The position numbers were made by a program, and so were the translations under genes. This document shows positions 1 to 8,273 of a stretch of DNA of 64,000 bases, piece by piece; positions within the stretch are counted from its first letter, which is position 1; the number at the start of each line of letters is the position of its first letter. This DNA comes from Solirubrobacteraceae bacterium (GTDB lineage Bacteria > Actinomycetota > Thermoleophilia > Solirubrobacterales > Solirubrobacteraceae). Where the stretch lies: positions 1,428 to 65,427 of the forward strand of contig JBEKGK010000002.1 of the NCBI GenBank assembly GCA_050012835.1. Direction: 5' to 3'. Below the pieces are notes generated by a model. That model was given only the letters and a program-made list of their open reading frames with translations, did not search any database and had not been told where the DNA came from.

Positions 1-147
1 TTACTGGGTAAGGGCATTGTCGACGCTGCTCGGCGAGCACAGCGAGGACGGCGCGCTGCCCAACCGGGTCCTCCATCTTCCCTGAGATATGGCCCGTCTC
101 AAAGTGGACATTCACCTCTGTGATCGGGATTCAATAGGCTCCCAGCC

Positions 148-909
148 ATGAACATCGAGGGCAGCGCGGCGCTCGTGTCGGGCGGCGCATCGGGGCTCGG
201 CGAGGCGACCGTTCGCGCGCTGCACGCGCGCGGCGCGCACGTCACGATCGCCGACGTGAATGCCGAGAAAGGCCAGGCGCTGGCGGCCGAGCTCGGCCTC
301 GAGTTCGTCAGCTGCGACGTGCGTGAGGAGCAGCAGGTGCAGAGCGCCGTCGAGCGCGCAGCCAAGGCGGACGGCGGGCTGCGCATCGCCGTATGCTGCG
401 CCGGCACCGGCTGGGCCCAGAAGGTGGCCAGCTCCAAGGGGCCGCACCCGCTGATGCCTTTCGAGACGATCATCTCGATCAACCTGATCGGGACTTTCAA
501 CGTGTTGCGCTTCGCCGCCAGCGCGATGATCGCCAACGACCCGCTCGACGACGGCGAACGCGGCGTGTGCGTCCACACCGCGTCGATCGCAGCGTTCGAC
601 GGCCAGGTCGGTCAGATCGCCTACTCGGCGTCCAAGGGCGGCGTCGTGGGAATGACGCTGCCGGCCGCGCGCGATCTCGCGCAGTACGGGATCCGCGTCA
701 ACACGATCGCGCCCGGCCTGTTCGACACGCCGCTGCTCGCCGCGCTGCCCGAGGAGGCCCGCCAGAAGCTCGGCGCCGGCGTGCCGTTCCCGCAGCGTCT
801 GGGCCTGCCCGCCGAGTATGGGCAACTGGCGTGCCACATTGTCGAGAACCGCATGCTCAACGGCGAGACCATCCGGCTCGACGGCGCGCTGCGCATGCCT
901 CCACGCTGA
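148..909 (+). CDS. SDR family oxidoreductase, 3-hydroxyacyl-CoA dehydrogenase type II (HSD10-like)
   Basis: SGGASGLG Rossmann motif, YSASK catalytic motif, [13 protein letters not shown] and the C-terminal [13 protein letters not shown] typical of the HSD10 subfamily; TAGGCT -10 lies 7 nt before ATG. Confidence 0.93.
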   Translation: MNIEGSAALVSGGASGLGEATVRALHARGAHVTIADVNAEKGQALAAELGLEFVSCDVREEQQVQSAVERAAKADGGLRIAVCCAGTGWAQKVASSKGPHPLMPFETIISINLIGTFNVLRFAASAMIANDPLDDGERGVCVHTASIAAFDGQVGQIAYSASKGGVVGMTLPAARDLAQYGIRVNTIAPGLFDTPLLAALPEEARQKLGAGVPFPQRLGLPAEYGQLACHIVENRMLNGETIRLDGALRMPPR

Positions 910-945
910 CAGGTAAACGATAGGACCAGCGCTGCTGCCCCTCCC

Positions 946-2631
946 GTGGATAACGTCAACACCGATCCACTTCAGAGACCGCATACCCAGCCGACCCCCG
1001 GCCCATCGACACGGGAAGACAGCCAGTCTCTAGACTCCCGGGCCGTGACCGGCGTGAGGCGTGGGGCTCTAGTCGTATTGCTGCTCGCGCTGGTCGAGGC
1101 GGTGCTGCTCGGCGGCCATCTGCTGCACGGCGGGCTCTATGCGGAAGACTGGCTGCTCGCCGCGATCCATCATCAGTCGGGCATCTCGGGGGTGTTCAAC
1201 CACTTCTACACGACACAGCCCGAGCGGCCCTTGGGGGAGGTGTACCTGGCGCTGACCGCCGCGCTGAGCGCAACCAACCCTCACACCCATTCGCTGTGGG
1301 GGCTGCTGACACTCCTGGCCGCAGCGAGCAGCGTGTACTTCCTGCTGCGCAGCCTGTCGTTGCGAACCGTCGATGCGCTGGCGATCGTGCTGCTGTTCAT
1401 GGTCTTCCCGTTTTCCGACGGCGCATGGCTGTGGTATTCGGCGAGCCTCGGCTACCTCGCGATCGCGCTCGCCGCGATGGGCGGCACCCTCGCCGTTACC
1501 GGTCTGCGGCGCGAGGGCCGCGCGGCGGTGGCCTACCATCTCGGGGCGCTCGTGCTGTTCGCGGCGAGTGTTCTGACCTACCAGGTCGCCGCGGCGCTGA
1601 TCTGCCTGTCGGTGCTCGTCTATCTGCCGCGCATGCCGCGCCGGCGCGCGGTCCTCCTGTGGATCTGCGACGTCGCGGCTGTCGTGCTGGCATCGGGCCT
1701 GCCCCGAGTGACGGTCGGGGCAGGCAAGAACGGTCCCGAGGAAATCATCCCCGTTCGGGACTGGTTCACTCACGCGAAACTGATTGCCGAGCAGGGCTTG
1801 AAGGTGCTGGCGGCCACGATCGTGCCGTTCGGCAGCCCGCACAGCAAAATCGTGCTGGCGGCCGCCGTGCTGATCGCCTGCGTTGTGGCCCTGCTCGCGT
1901 GGAGCGCGCGCGCGGAGCCCGAGCTGCGCCGCTGGCTGCTGGTGGCGGCGGCCGGCGCGGTCGTGATCGTAGCGGCGTACGTCGTGTTCGTCCCGGCGAC
2001 GATCTCCAAGTACCAGCCGATCGCCGCCGGCCGCGCGAACCGAGTCAACATGCTGGCGTCGCTCGGCTACGTGCTCATCGCCTTCGCGCTCGCGATGACG
2101 CTCGCCACGAGCGTCGTGCGCCTGCTCGGCCGCCCGCCCGGATGGGCGCCAGCCATCGGCCTCGCGATAGCGGCGCTCGTGTTCGTCGGCTACGTTCATC
2201 GCACCCGCCAGGACGTCGCCGCGTGGGATCGCGCCGGCACCATCCAGCGCCGGGAGCTGGCGCAGCTGAAAGCGGCGGGACGGCCCGCTTCCGGGACCAC
2301 GATCTACACCTTCGCGGGGGTCGGAGCGACCGCGGTGGAAGTGCCCGTCTTCCAAAGGACGGTCGCCCTCAACAGCGCCGTGCAGTTGCTATGGAACGAC
2401 CCGACGCTGCACGCCTATCCGATCTTCGCCGGCACCGAGATGACCTGCACGGCCACAGAGGTCGTGCCGGTCCCAGCCGGCGCGAACAACGAAGCCGGTC
2501 CGGCCCAGTCAGCGAAGTATCGGCAGGCCGTCTTCTACGACTTCCGCAGCGGCCGCCAGCAGCTGATCGCCAGCGCCGCAGAGTGCCGGCAAGCGGTCGC
2601 CAGCTTCGTGCCGGGGCGAGTCCTCGGGTAG
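946..2631 (+). CDS. Polytopic membrane protein, possible GT-C-fold glycosyltransferase or glycan modifier
   Basis: Many hydrophobic segments; YAEDW after the first TM followed by RPL and a later YQ motif, a GT-C-like pattern; soluble C-terminal domain; start uncertain. Confidence 0.6.
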   Translation: MDNVNTDPLQRPHTQPTPGPSTREDSQSLDSRAVTGVRRGALVVLLLALVEAVLLGGHLLHGGLYAEDWLLAAIHHQSGISGVFNHFYTTQPERPLGEVYLALTAALSATNPHTHSLWGLLTLLAAASSVYFLLRSLSLRTVDALAIVLLFMVFPFSDGAWLWYSASLGYLAIALAAMGGTLAVTGLRREGRAAVAYHLGALVLFAASVLTYQVAAALICLSVLVYLPRMPRRRAVLLWICDVAAVVLASGLPRVTVGAGKNGPEEIIPVRDWFTHAKLIAEQGLKVLAATIVPFGSPHSKIVLAAAVLIACVVALLAWSARAEPELRRWLLVAAAGAVVIVAAYVVFVPATISKYQPIAAGRANRVNMLASLGYVLIAFALAMTLATSVVRLLGRPPGWAPAIGLAIAALVFVGYVHRTRQDVAAWDRAGTIQRRELAQLKAAGRPASGTTIYTFAGVGATAVEVPVFQRTVALNSAVQLLWNDPTLHAYPIFAGTEMTCTATEVVPVPAGANNEAGPAQSAKYRQAVFYDFRSGRQQLIASAAECRQAVASFVPGRVLG

Positions 2632-2677
2632 GCGGCAGCGTGATGCATCCGCGACGCGTCGCTCGCGGAGCTCGAGG

Positions 2678-3868
2678 CTACAGCCGTTCGACGAGCATCG
2701 CCATGCCCATGCCGCCGGCGACGCACATCGACTCGATGCCGTAGGTCTTATCGAGCGTCTCCAGGTCGTTGAGCAGCGTGGTCATGATGCGCGCGCCGGT
2801 CATGCCGAACGGGTGTCCCAGCGCGATCGCGCCGCCGAACGGGTTCAGCTTCTCGTCGGGGATTCCCAGCTCGTCTTTGCACGGCACGATCTGCGCCGCG
2901 AACGCCTCGTTGATCTCCACCACGTCCACGTCGTCGATCGTCATGCCCATGTTCTTCAACAGCTGCTGGATCGCGGGGATCGGGCCGAGGCCCATCACCT
3001 CGGGGCGGATCGCCGCCACGGTCGACGCGATTATCCGCGCGCGCGGCGTGAAGCCCTCGGCCTTCGCCTTCTCATCGCTCATGATCAGCAGCGCCGCCGC
3101 GCCGTCGTTCAGCGGGCACGCGTTGCCCGCGGTCACCGTGCCACCCTCCTTGAACACCGGCTTCAGGCCCGCCAGCGCCTCGATCGTCGTTCCCGGCCGC
3201 GGGCCGTCGTCCTTGCTGACCACCGTCTCCGGCACGTCGATCTCGTTGCCCTCCCTGTCGACGTCCTTGTGCGCGGGCACCGTCACCGGGACGATCTCCT
3301 TGTCGAAGTGCCCCGACTCCTGCGCCGCCACCGCGCGCGTCTGGGAGATCAGCGCCCACGCGTCCTGCGCCTCGCGGCTGACTTTGCGTTCCTCGGCGAC
3401 GTTCTCCGCGGTCATGCCCATCGAGATGTAGGCGTCGTACAGGGAGCCCTCCGAGCCGTCCAGCTTCGGGTGGAGCTCGAACGGCGCGCCCGGCGCCGTG
3501 CGCGAGACCGCCTCCACGCCCGCCGCTATGTAGGTGTCGCCCTCGCCCACCTTGATCGCGTGGAAGGCCATGCGCGTCGTCTGCAGCGAGGACGCGCAGA
3601 AGCGGTTGACCGTGCACCCGGGCACGCGGTAGTCGATGCCCGCCAGCAGCGCGGCCATGCGGCCGATGTTGTAGCCGGTCTCGCGCTCGCCGTAGCCGCA
3701 GCCCATCATCACGTCGCCGATCGAGCGCTGGTCGAGCTGCGGGTTGCGCTCGATCAGGGCCTTCAGCGGGACCGCCGCGAGGTCGTCGCCGCGGACGCTC
3801 TTCAGCGACCCCTTGGCGGCGCGCCCGATGGGCGTGCGAATTGCATCGACGATCACGGCTTCAGGCAT
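2678..3868 (-). CDS. Acetyl-CoA C-acyltransferase (thiolase)
   Basis: NRFCASS catalytic Cys, NEAFA, GGAIALGHPFG and SMCVAGGMG thiolase signatures; SD-like AAGGGAG upstream. Confidence 0.96.
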   Translation of the reverse strand: MPEAVIVDAIRTPIGRAAKGSLKSVRGDDLAAVPLKALIERNPQLDQRSIGDVMMGCGYGERETGYNIGRMAALLAGIDYRVPGCTVNRFCASSLQTTRMAFHAIKVGEGDTYIAAGVEAVSRTAPGAPFELHPKLDGSEGSLYDAYISMGMTAENVAEERKVSREAQDAWALISQTRAVAAQESGHFDKEIVPVTVPAHKDVDREGNEIDVPETVVSKDDGPRPGTTIEALAGLKPVFKEGGTVTAGNACPLNDGAAALLIMSDEKAKAEGFTPRARIIASTVAAIRPEVMGLGPIPAIQQLLKNMGMTIDDVDVVEINEAFAAQIVPCKDELGIPDEKLNPFGGAIALGHPFGMTGARIMTTLLNDLETLDKTYGIESMCVAGGMGMAMLVERL

Positions 3869-3915
3869 GTGTGGCTCTCTCCCTTGGTAGTTGGCCGGGG
3901 AACTATATAGAGGCC

Positions 3916-4950
3916 TCAGTCGAGGCTGTCATAGCCCCACAGGCTCACCAGATCGCGGCCGAGATAGTCGCTCAGCGCCACGACCTCCGGCTTGAAGCGA
4001 CGACGCAGCTCCAGCATGAACGCTTCGTCAGGCGGGCCAGGGGCGGTGTAGACGGTACGGCGCCATTTTGCGCGAAACGCATCGCTGCGCATTGGCTTTG
4101 GTATCAGCGCGTTCACGGCTCTTGAGAGAACGCCCGCCGCGGCCGGGTTTTTGCGGGCACGCCGTGCGACGCCCGCGAGGCGATGGAGGTGCACGAAACG
4201 AGCGCTCGTCACCGGATAGGTATCGATCGTCTCGATTGGACACGTCTCGTCCACCTCGAGGAAACGCAACACCCTGCGTATCGTCCCCTCGTTGTCAGCG
4301 CGAAAGTCGTCGTAGATCAGCACCAGCACGTTCTCCGGCGGGAACACGGCGTGGTAACGGCGCAGCTGCTCGACGTATCGCACGTGCTGCGAGTACATCA
4401 GCGTCTCCGGGTGATGGCTGCCGCGAGGGATGCGTTTCCCTTGGCGCCTTTGCTCCTCGAGCGCGATCGCCTTGCGGAAGTCCCGCTGCGTCTCGACCCT
4501 GTTGGCGGTGAGCTGAAGATGGAACGAGCGCAGGTAGCTTGCGGGCTCTCGCAGGATCGCGATTATGCGTGCAGCCGGCTGCACCTCTGCGATGCCGCCC
4601 GCCGCAGCGGTCGATCTGAGGTACTGGGGCGACGCCTCACCGATGCGCTGCTCCGCACCCGCCGGCGCGAACAGCGACAGGTAGCCCTCGAGCGTGCGCG
4701 GGCGCCCAGCCGGCGGCTGGCGTGCCAGCTGGGAGCGCTGGTCGGTGGCGAAGAACCGCGGCTCCTTGACCTCGGGCATGAAGATCTGCGGGTGCCGCTT
4801 CAACATCTGATAGAGCGCCGTCGTGCCGCACTTCTCATGGCCGACGATGAAGAAGTCGGGCACCCTCGTCGCCGCCACCGCTGTCGCCGGCGCGCCCGCC
4901 GCCGAGCCGTTCGTCGTCTCAGCCACAGATCGGTTCGTCGTCTCAGCCAC
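3916..4950 (-). CDS. PAPS-dependent sulfotransferase (paralog of the main-locus family)
   Basis: PDFFIVGHEKCGTT 5'-PSB motif, KEPRFF, ILREPASYLRS 3'-PB motif, LWGYD terminus; start GTG at 4950 or 4926. Confidence 0.9.
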   Translation of the reverse strand: MAETTNRSVAETTNGSAAGAPATAVAATRVPDFFIVGHEKCGTTALYQMLKRHPQIFMPEVKEPRFFATDQRSQLARQPPAGRPRTLEGYLSLFAPAGAEQRIGEASPQYLRSTAAAGGIAEVQPAARIIAILREPASYLRSFHLQLTANRVETQRDFRKAIALEEQRRQGKRIPRGSHHPETLMYSQHVRYVEQLRRYHAVFPPENVLVLIYDDFRADNEGTIRRVLRFLEVDETCPIETIDTYPVTSARFVHLHRLAGVARRARKNPAAAGVLSRAVNALIPKPMRSDAFRAKWRRTVYTAPGPPDEAFMLELRRRFKPEVVALSDYLGRDLVSLWGYDSLD

Positions 4951-4974
4951 GGTTCGTCGTCTCAGCCACAGATC
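4909..4974. repeat. Three copies of an 18-nt direct repeat at the sulfotransferase start
   Basis: gttcgtcgtctcagccac at 4909, 4933 and 4952 (minus strand GTGGCTGAGACGACGAAC). Confidence 0.95.
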
Positions 4975-5623
4975 ACAGATCCAGCCGGCTGACGCCCAGC
5001 TCGTCGAAGCCGACGTGATGGGCGAGCTCGTGGCGCACCGTACGAGTCACCTGGTCGCGCAGCAGCTCGGGGTCGTGCCCGAAGTCGCGACGAAGCGTGT
5101 CGCGGAAGATGACGATGCGGTCGTGCACATCGTCGCGAGCGACACTGCCCCCCTGGTAGAGCCCGTACGCGCCACGACGACGCCCGCCGTCGGAGATCAC
5201 CACCGCGACATGCGCCAGCGCGTTTCTCAGCAGGTCCGGCAGGTCGTCCAGCGCGTCGCGGACCAGCTCCTCGAAGTCTGTGTCGTTGAGCGGGTCAAGC
5301 TCCATGAACTCGGCTTCTTCGGGCGCCACGGCAAGCCCTTCGCGGGCGAGGCGCTCGGAGTAACGCACGATCTCTTCGAACTCGCTCTCGGACTCGGGGT
5401 TGTGCCAGCCGGCCAGGTGCACCGCCACGAACGCCACACCGCCCATCAGCGCCGCCGCGACGATCACCCCCAGCGCGACGTCCTCGAGCGCCCTGACCAC
5501 GCCGATCGAGCTGAAGCCCTGCCCGACCACCAGCACCACCAGGCCCACCGACATCGCCACCAGCACCGCCACGCCCACACGCCGAAGGGAGCGGGGATCT
5601 CCGGGAGGGATGGACGGGCGCAT
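4973..5623 (-). CDS. Zincin-like metallopeptidase family protein with two N-terminal TM helices
   Basis: YGLYQG...DRIVIFR...TVRHELAHHVG (HExxH), a minimal zincin pattern; GATAAT 7 nt before ATG. Confidence 0.85.
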   Translation of the reverse strand: MRPSIPPGDPRSLRRVGVAVLVAMSVGLVVLVVGQGFSSIGVVRALEDVALGVIVAAALMGGVAFVAVHLAGWHNPESESEFEEIVRYSERLAREGLAVAPEEAEFMELDPLNDTDFEELVRDALDDLPDLLRNALAHVAVVISDGGRRRGAYGLYQGGSVARDDVHDRIVIFRDTLRRDFGHDPELLRDQVTRTVRHELAHHVGFDELGVSRLDL

Positions 5624-5653
5624 CGCCGGGATTATCAGCCTTCCCGCCCAGTT

Positions 5654-6799
5654 CTATTTAAGCGTGCGGGCGATCACGAGACGCTGGATCTCGTTGGTGC
5701 CCTCGTAGATCTGGGTGATCTTGGCGTCTCGCATCATGCGCTCGACCGGGTACTCCTTCACATAACCGTAGCCGCCCAGGACCTGAACGGCCTCGACCGT
5801 GACCGCCATGGCGGTGTCCGAGCAGAAGACCTTGGCCATTGAGGAGTACTTGGCGCGCAGAGAATGGCCCTGGTCGGCCATCGCGCACGCCTTGTACAGC
5901 AGCTCGCGGGCGGCCGCCGTCTGTGTTTCCATGTCGGCCAGCTTGAACTGGATCCCCTGGAACTCGTTGATCGCCTTGCCGAACTGCCGCCGCTCGCGTG
6001 CGTAGGCCACGGCATAGTCGGTGGCCCCCTGCGCGATCCCCACAGCCTGCGCCGCCGCGCCAAGGCGCGTGCGCTCGAGCGTGCCCAGAGCCACGGACAG
6101 GCCCCTGCCCACCTCTCCGATCACGTTCTCGTGCGGGACCCGCACATCCTCGAAGATCGGCTGCCCGGTGGGCGACGCGCGGATGCCCAGCTTGTGCTCG
6201 AGCTTGCCCACGCTGAAGCCCGGGCGATCGGCCTCGACGACGAACGCCGTCAGCCGGCGGCTCTCGCGGTCGCTGACCGCGAAGCAGATGTAGAAGTCCG
6301 CGACGCCGAGGTTCGTGATCCAGTTCTTGGTGCCGTTGATGACCCACTCCTCGCCATCCCTGACGGCCGTGGTCTTCATGCCGGCTGGGTCCGAGCCGGC
6401 CTCGGGCTCCGAGAGCGCGAACGCCGGCGACCACTCTCCGGTGGCACACCTGGGCAGGAAGCGTTCCTTCAGCTCGTCGCTGCCGAACAGCTGGATCGGC
6501 AGCGTGCCGAGCTCCTGGACCATCAGGATCAACGCGCAGGCGGCGTCCACCTTGGCGATCTCCTCGACCGCCATGTTCAGCATCAGCGTGCCGGTGCCCG
6601 TGCCTCCGTACTCGGTCGGGAAGGGCAGCCCGAGGATGTCCTGCTCGGCCAGCAGCTTGCGCACGTCCCACGGATATTCCGCCCGCTCGTCGATCTCGGC
6701 CGAGCGCGGCGCGATCTTCTCCCGCGCGATCCGTCCGATCGTCTCGCAGAAGTCGACGTGCTCCTGGGGAACCGTGTAGACGTCGCTGATCGCCTCCAT
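5654..6799 (-). CDS. Acyl-CoA dehydrogenase
   Basis: FALSEPEAGSD, INGTKNWITN, RRQFGK, QVLGGYGY, QIYEGTNEIQR; ATG 6799 preceded by TAGGAT. Confidence 0.96.
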   Translation of the reverse strand: MEAISDVYTVPQEHVDFCETIGRIAREKIAPRSAEIDERAEYPWDVRKLLAEQDILGLPFPTEYGGTGTGTLMLNMAVEEIAKVDAACALILMVQELGTLPIQLFGSDELKERFLPRCATGEWSPAFALSEPEAGSDPAGMKTTAVRDGEEWVINGTKNWITNLGVADFYICFAVSDRESRRLTAFVVEADRPGFSVGKLEHKLGIRASPTGQPIFEDVRVPHENVIGEVGRGLSVALGTLERTRLGAAAQAVGIAQGATDYAVAYARERRQFGKAINEFQGIQFKLADMETQTAAARELLYKACAMADQGHSLRAKYSSMAKVFCSDTAMAVTVEAVQVLGGYGYVKEYPVERMMRDAKITQIYEGTNEIQRLVIARTLK

Positions 6800-6868
6800 G
6801 CCTTCTGATCCTAGTGATGAGATGAGCACTCCGCGCTGTTCCCCGCTACACCGCTACGCTCACCGTTG

Positions 6869-7225
6869 ATGAGCACCGGCGACGAGGCCCGCGAGATCGA
6901 TGTCGAGCCCGCACGGCTCGCCGAGTGGCTTGCCGAGGACCCGGCCCCACAGGTGATCGACGTGCGCGAGCCCCATGAGCGCGAGGCCGGCCACATCGAG
7001 GGCACGCGGCACATCGAGCTCGTCAACCTCTCATCACAGGCGGGCACCGTCGAGCGCGACCGGCCCGTGGTCTTCTACTGCCGCGTAGGTGGGCGCTCGG
7101 AGATGGCCGCGCAGGCATTCCGCGCGGCGGGCTTCGAGGCGTACTCCATGAGCGGAGGCCTGCTGCGCTGGGCGGACGAGGGCCGGCCGCTGTCCCCTGA
7201 GGGCGGCCGCGTGGCCAATCACTAG
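6869..7225 (+). CDS. Rhodanese-like domain protein
   Basis: IDVREPHEREAGHIEG, YCRVGGRS active-site loop, GGLLRW. Confidence 0.92.
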   Translation: MSTGDEAREIDVEPARLAEWLAEDPAPQVIDVREPHEREAGHIEGTRHIELVNLSSQAGTVERDRPVVFYCRVGGRSEMAAQAFRAAGFEAYSMSGGLLRWADEGRPLSPEGGRVANH

Positions 7226-7253
7226 CAGCTGGCTGCGGGCGCAACGCCGCGTG

Positions 7254-7271
7254 GGCGGCGCAAGCGCCGCC
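7254..7271 (+). terminator. GC-rich hairpin after the rhodanese gene (possible terminator)
   Basis: ggcggcgc-aa-gcgccgcc inverted repeat, with ctcttt about 15 nt downstream. Confidence 0.4.
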
Positions 7272-7295
7272 GCCGGGCGTCGCTGCTCTTTCAAA

Positions 7296-7325
7296 GTCTG
7301 TCTAACCATGGTTATACGGTCTGTC
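7296..7325. promoter_or_regulatory. Candidate operator upstream of the cupin gene
   Basis: Perfect palindrome TAACCATGGTTA (7303-7314) flanked by direct repeats GTCTGTC (7296, 7319). Confidence 0.45.
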
Positions 7326-7357
7326 AAACGCCGAATCGGACGACAGGAGGAGATCAG

Positions 7358-7804
7358 ATGGAGGCTTCCAGCGACTACCCCGGGGTCACCACCGGCGAGG
7401 GCTATGCGGTGGCCAATCTCGACGATCTGGGCGAGGGGCCCGGCTTTCGCAAGGTCCGCAAGGCACTGGGCGTCACCGCGTTCGGTGTGAACGCGATCGT
7501 CCTGCCCCCCGGCATCGAGACGGGCTCGCACTACCACGACGAGCAGGAGGAGCTGTATTTTGTTCACCGCGGCGCGATCGAGATGCAGTTCGGTGACGGC
7601 TCCGTGCAGCGACTTGGTGAGGGCGGCCTCGCGCGCGTGGACGCAGCGACCGTGCGCAGGATCCGCAACCTCGGCGACGTGGACGCCGTGTACCTGTGCG
7701 CGGGCGGCAAGGGTGGCTACGTCGGACGCGACGGACGCGTCCCGCCCGGCGAGGAGCAGGGGGTCAGGGTGCTCCACGACCTCTCCGGTGAGCCACCCAA
7801 GTGA
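7358..7804 (+). CDS. Cupin domain protein
   Basis: HYHDEQEELYFVHRG cupin motif 1; strong SD AGGAGGAG. Confidence 0.85.
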   Translation: MEASSDYPGVTTGEGYAVANLDDLGEGPGFRKVRKALGVTAFGVNAIVLPPGIETGSHYHDEQEELYFVHRGAIEMQFGDGSVQRLGEGGLARVDAATVRRIRNLGDVDAVYLCAGGKGGYVGRDGRVPPGEEQGVRVLHDLSGEPPK

Positions 7805-7823
7805 GCCCGGTGGAGGCATCCAG

Positions 7824-8273
7824 TTGAGCGACGCCGAGGACCTGTCGAAGACCGGCCCGCGGCGGCTGCTACGTGTCGGGCCCGAGTTGGCGATCCCCGT
7901 GTCCGAGATCACGCTGCGCACGAGCCGCTCCTCCGGCCCCGGCGGTCAGCACGCCAACGTGACCGCCTCACGCGTGGAAGCGATCTTCGACGTGCTCTCC
8001 TCGCCATCGCTCAACGAGGACCAGCGTGAGCGGGTGCTGGCGCGCGCGGGACCGCGGCTCGTCGCGGTCGCCCAGGACGAGCGCTCGCAGGTGCGCAACC
8101 GCGAGCTCGCGCTCGAGCGGCTCGCCGAGCGCCTCGGGCGCGCGCTGATCGTGCCCCGCACACGCCGCGCCACCCGCCCGAGCGCCGCCGCGCGCGCTCG
8201 CCGGCTCGATTCCAAGCGCCGGTCCGCCCAGCGCAAGCAGGAGCGCAAGCCGCCGCCGGCGGAGAACGACTAG
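7824..8273 (+). CDS. arfB: Alternative ribosome rescue peptidyl-tRNA hydrolase ArfB
   Basis: SRSSGPGGQHAN (GGQ), ERSQVRNRE, basic tail RRATRPS...RRLDSKRR; TTG start after GGAGG. Confidence 0.92.
   Translation: MSDAEDLSKTGPRRLLRVGPELAIPVSEITLRTSRSSGPGGQHANVTASRVEAIFDVLSSPSLNEDQRERVLARAGPRLVAVAQDERSQVRNRELALERLAERLGRALIVPRTRRATRPSAAARARRLDSKRRSAQRKQERKPPPAEND

Noticed and set aside
1-111. Short minus-strand ORFs at the left edge (36 aa from ATG 111; open frame from ATG 76)
   Set aside because: No recognisable motif and truncated context; cannot tell which, if either, is real
4909-4974. Repeat considered as a mini-CRISPR
   Set aside because: 18-nt unit with 1-6 nt gaps, no spacers and no cas genes
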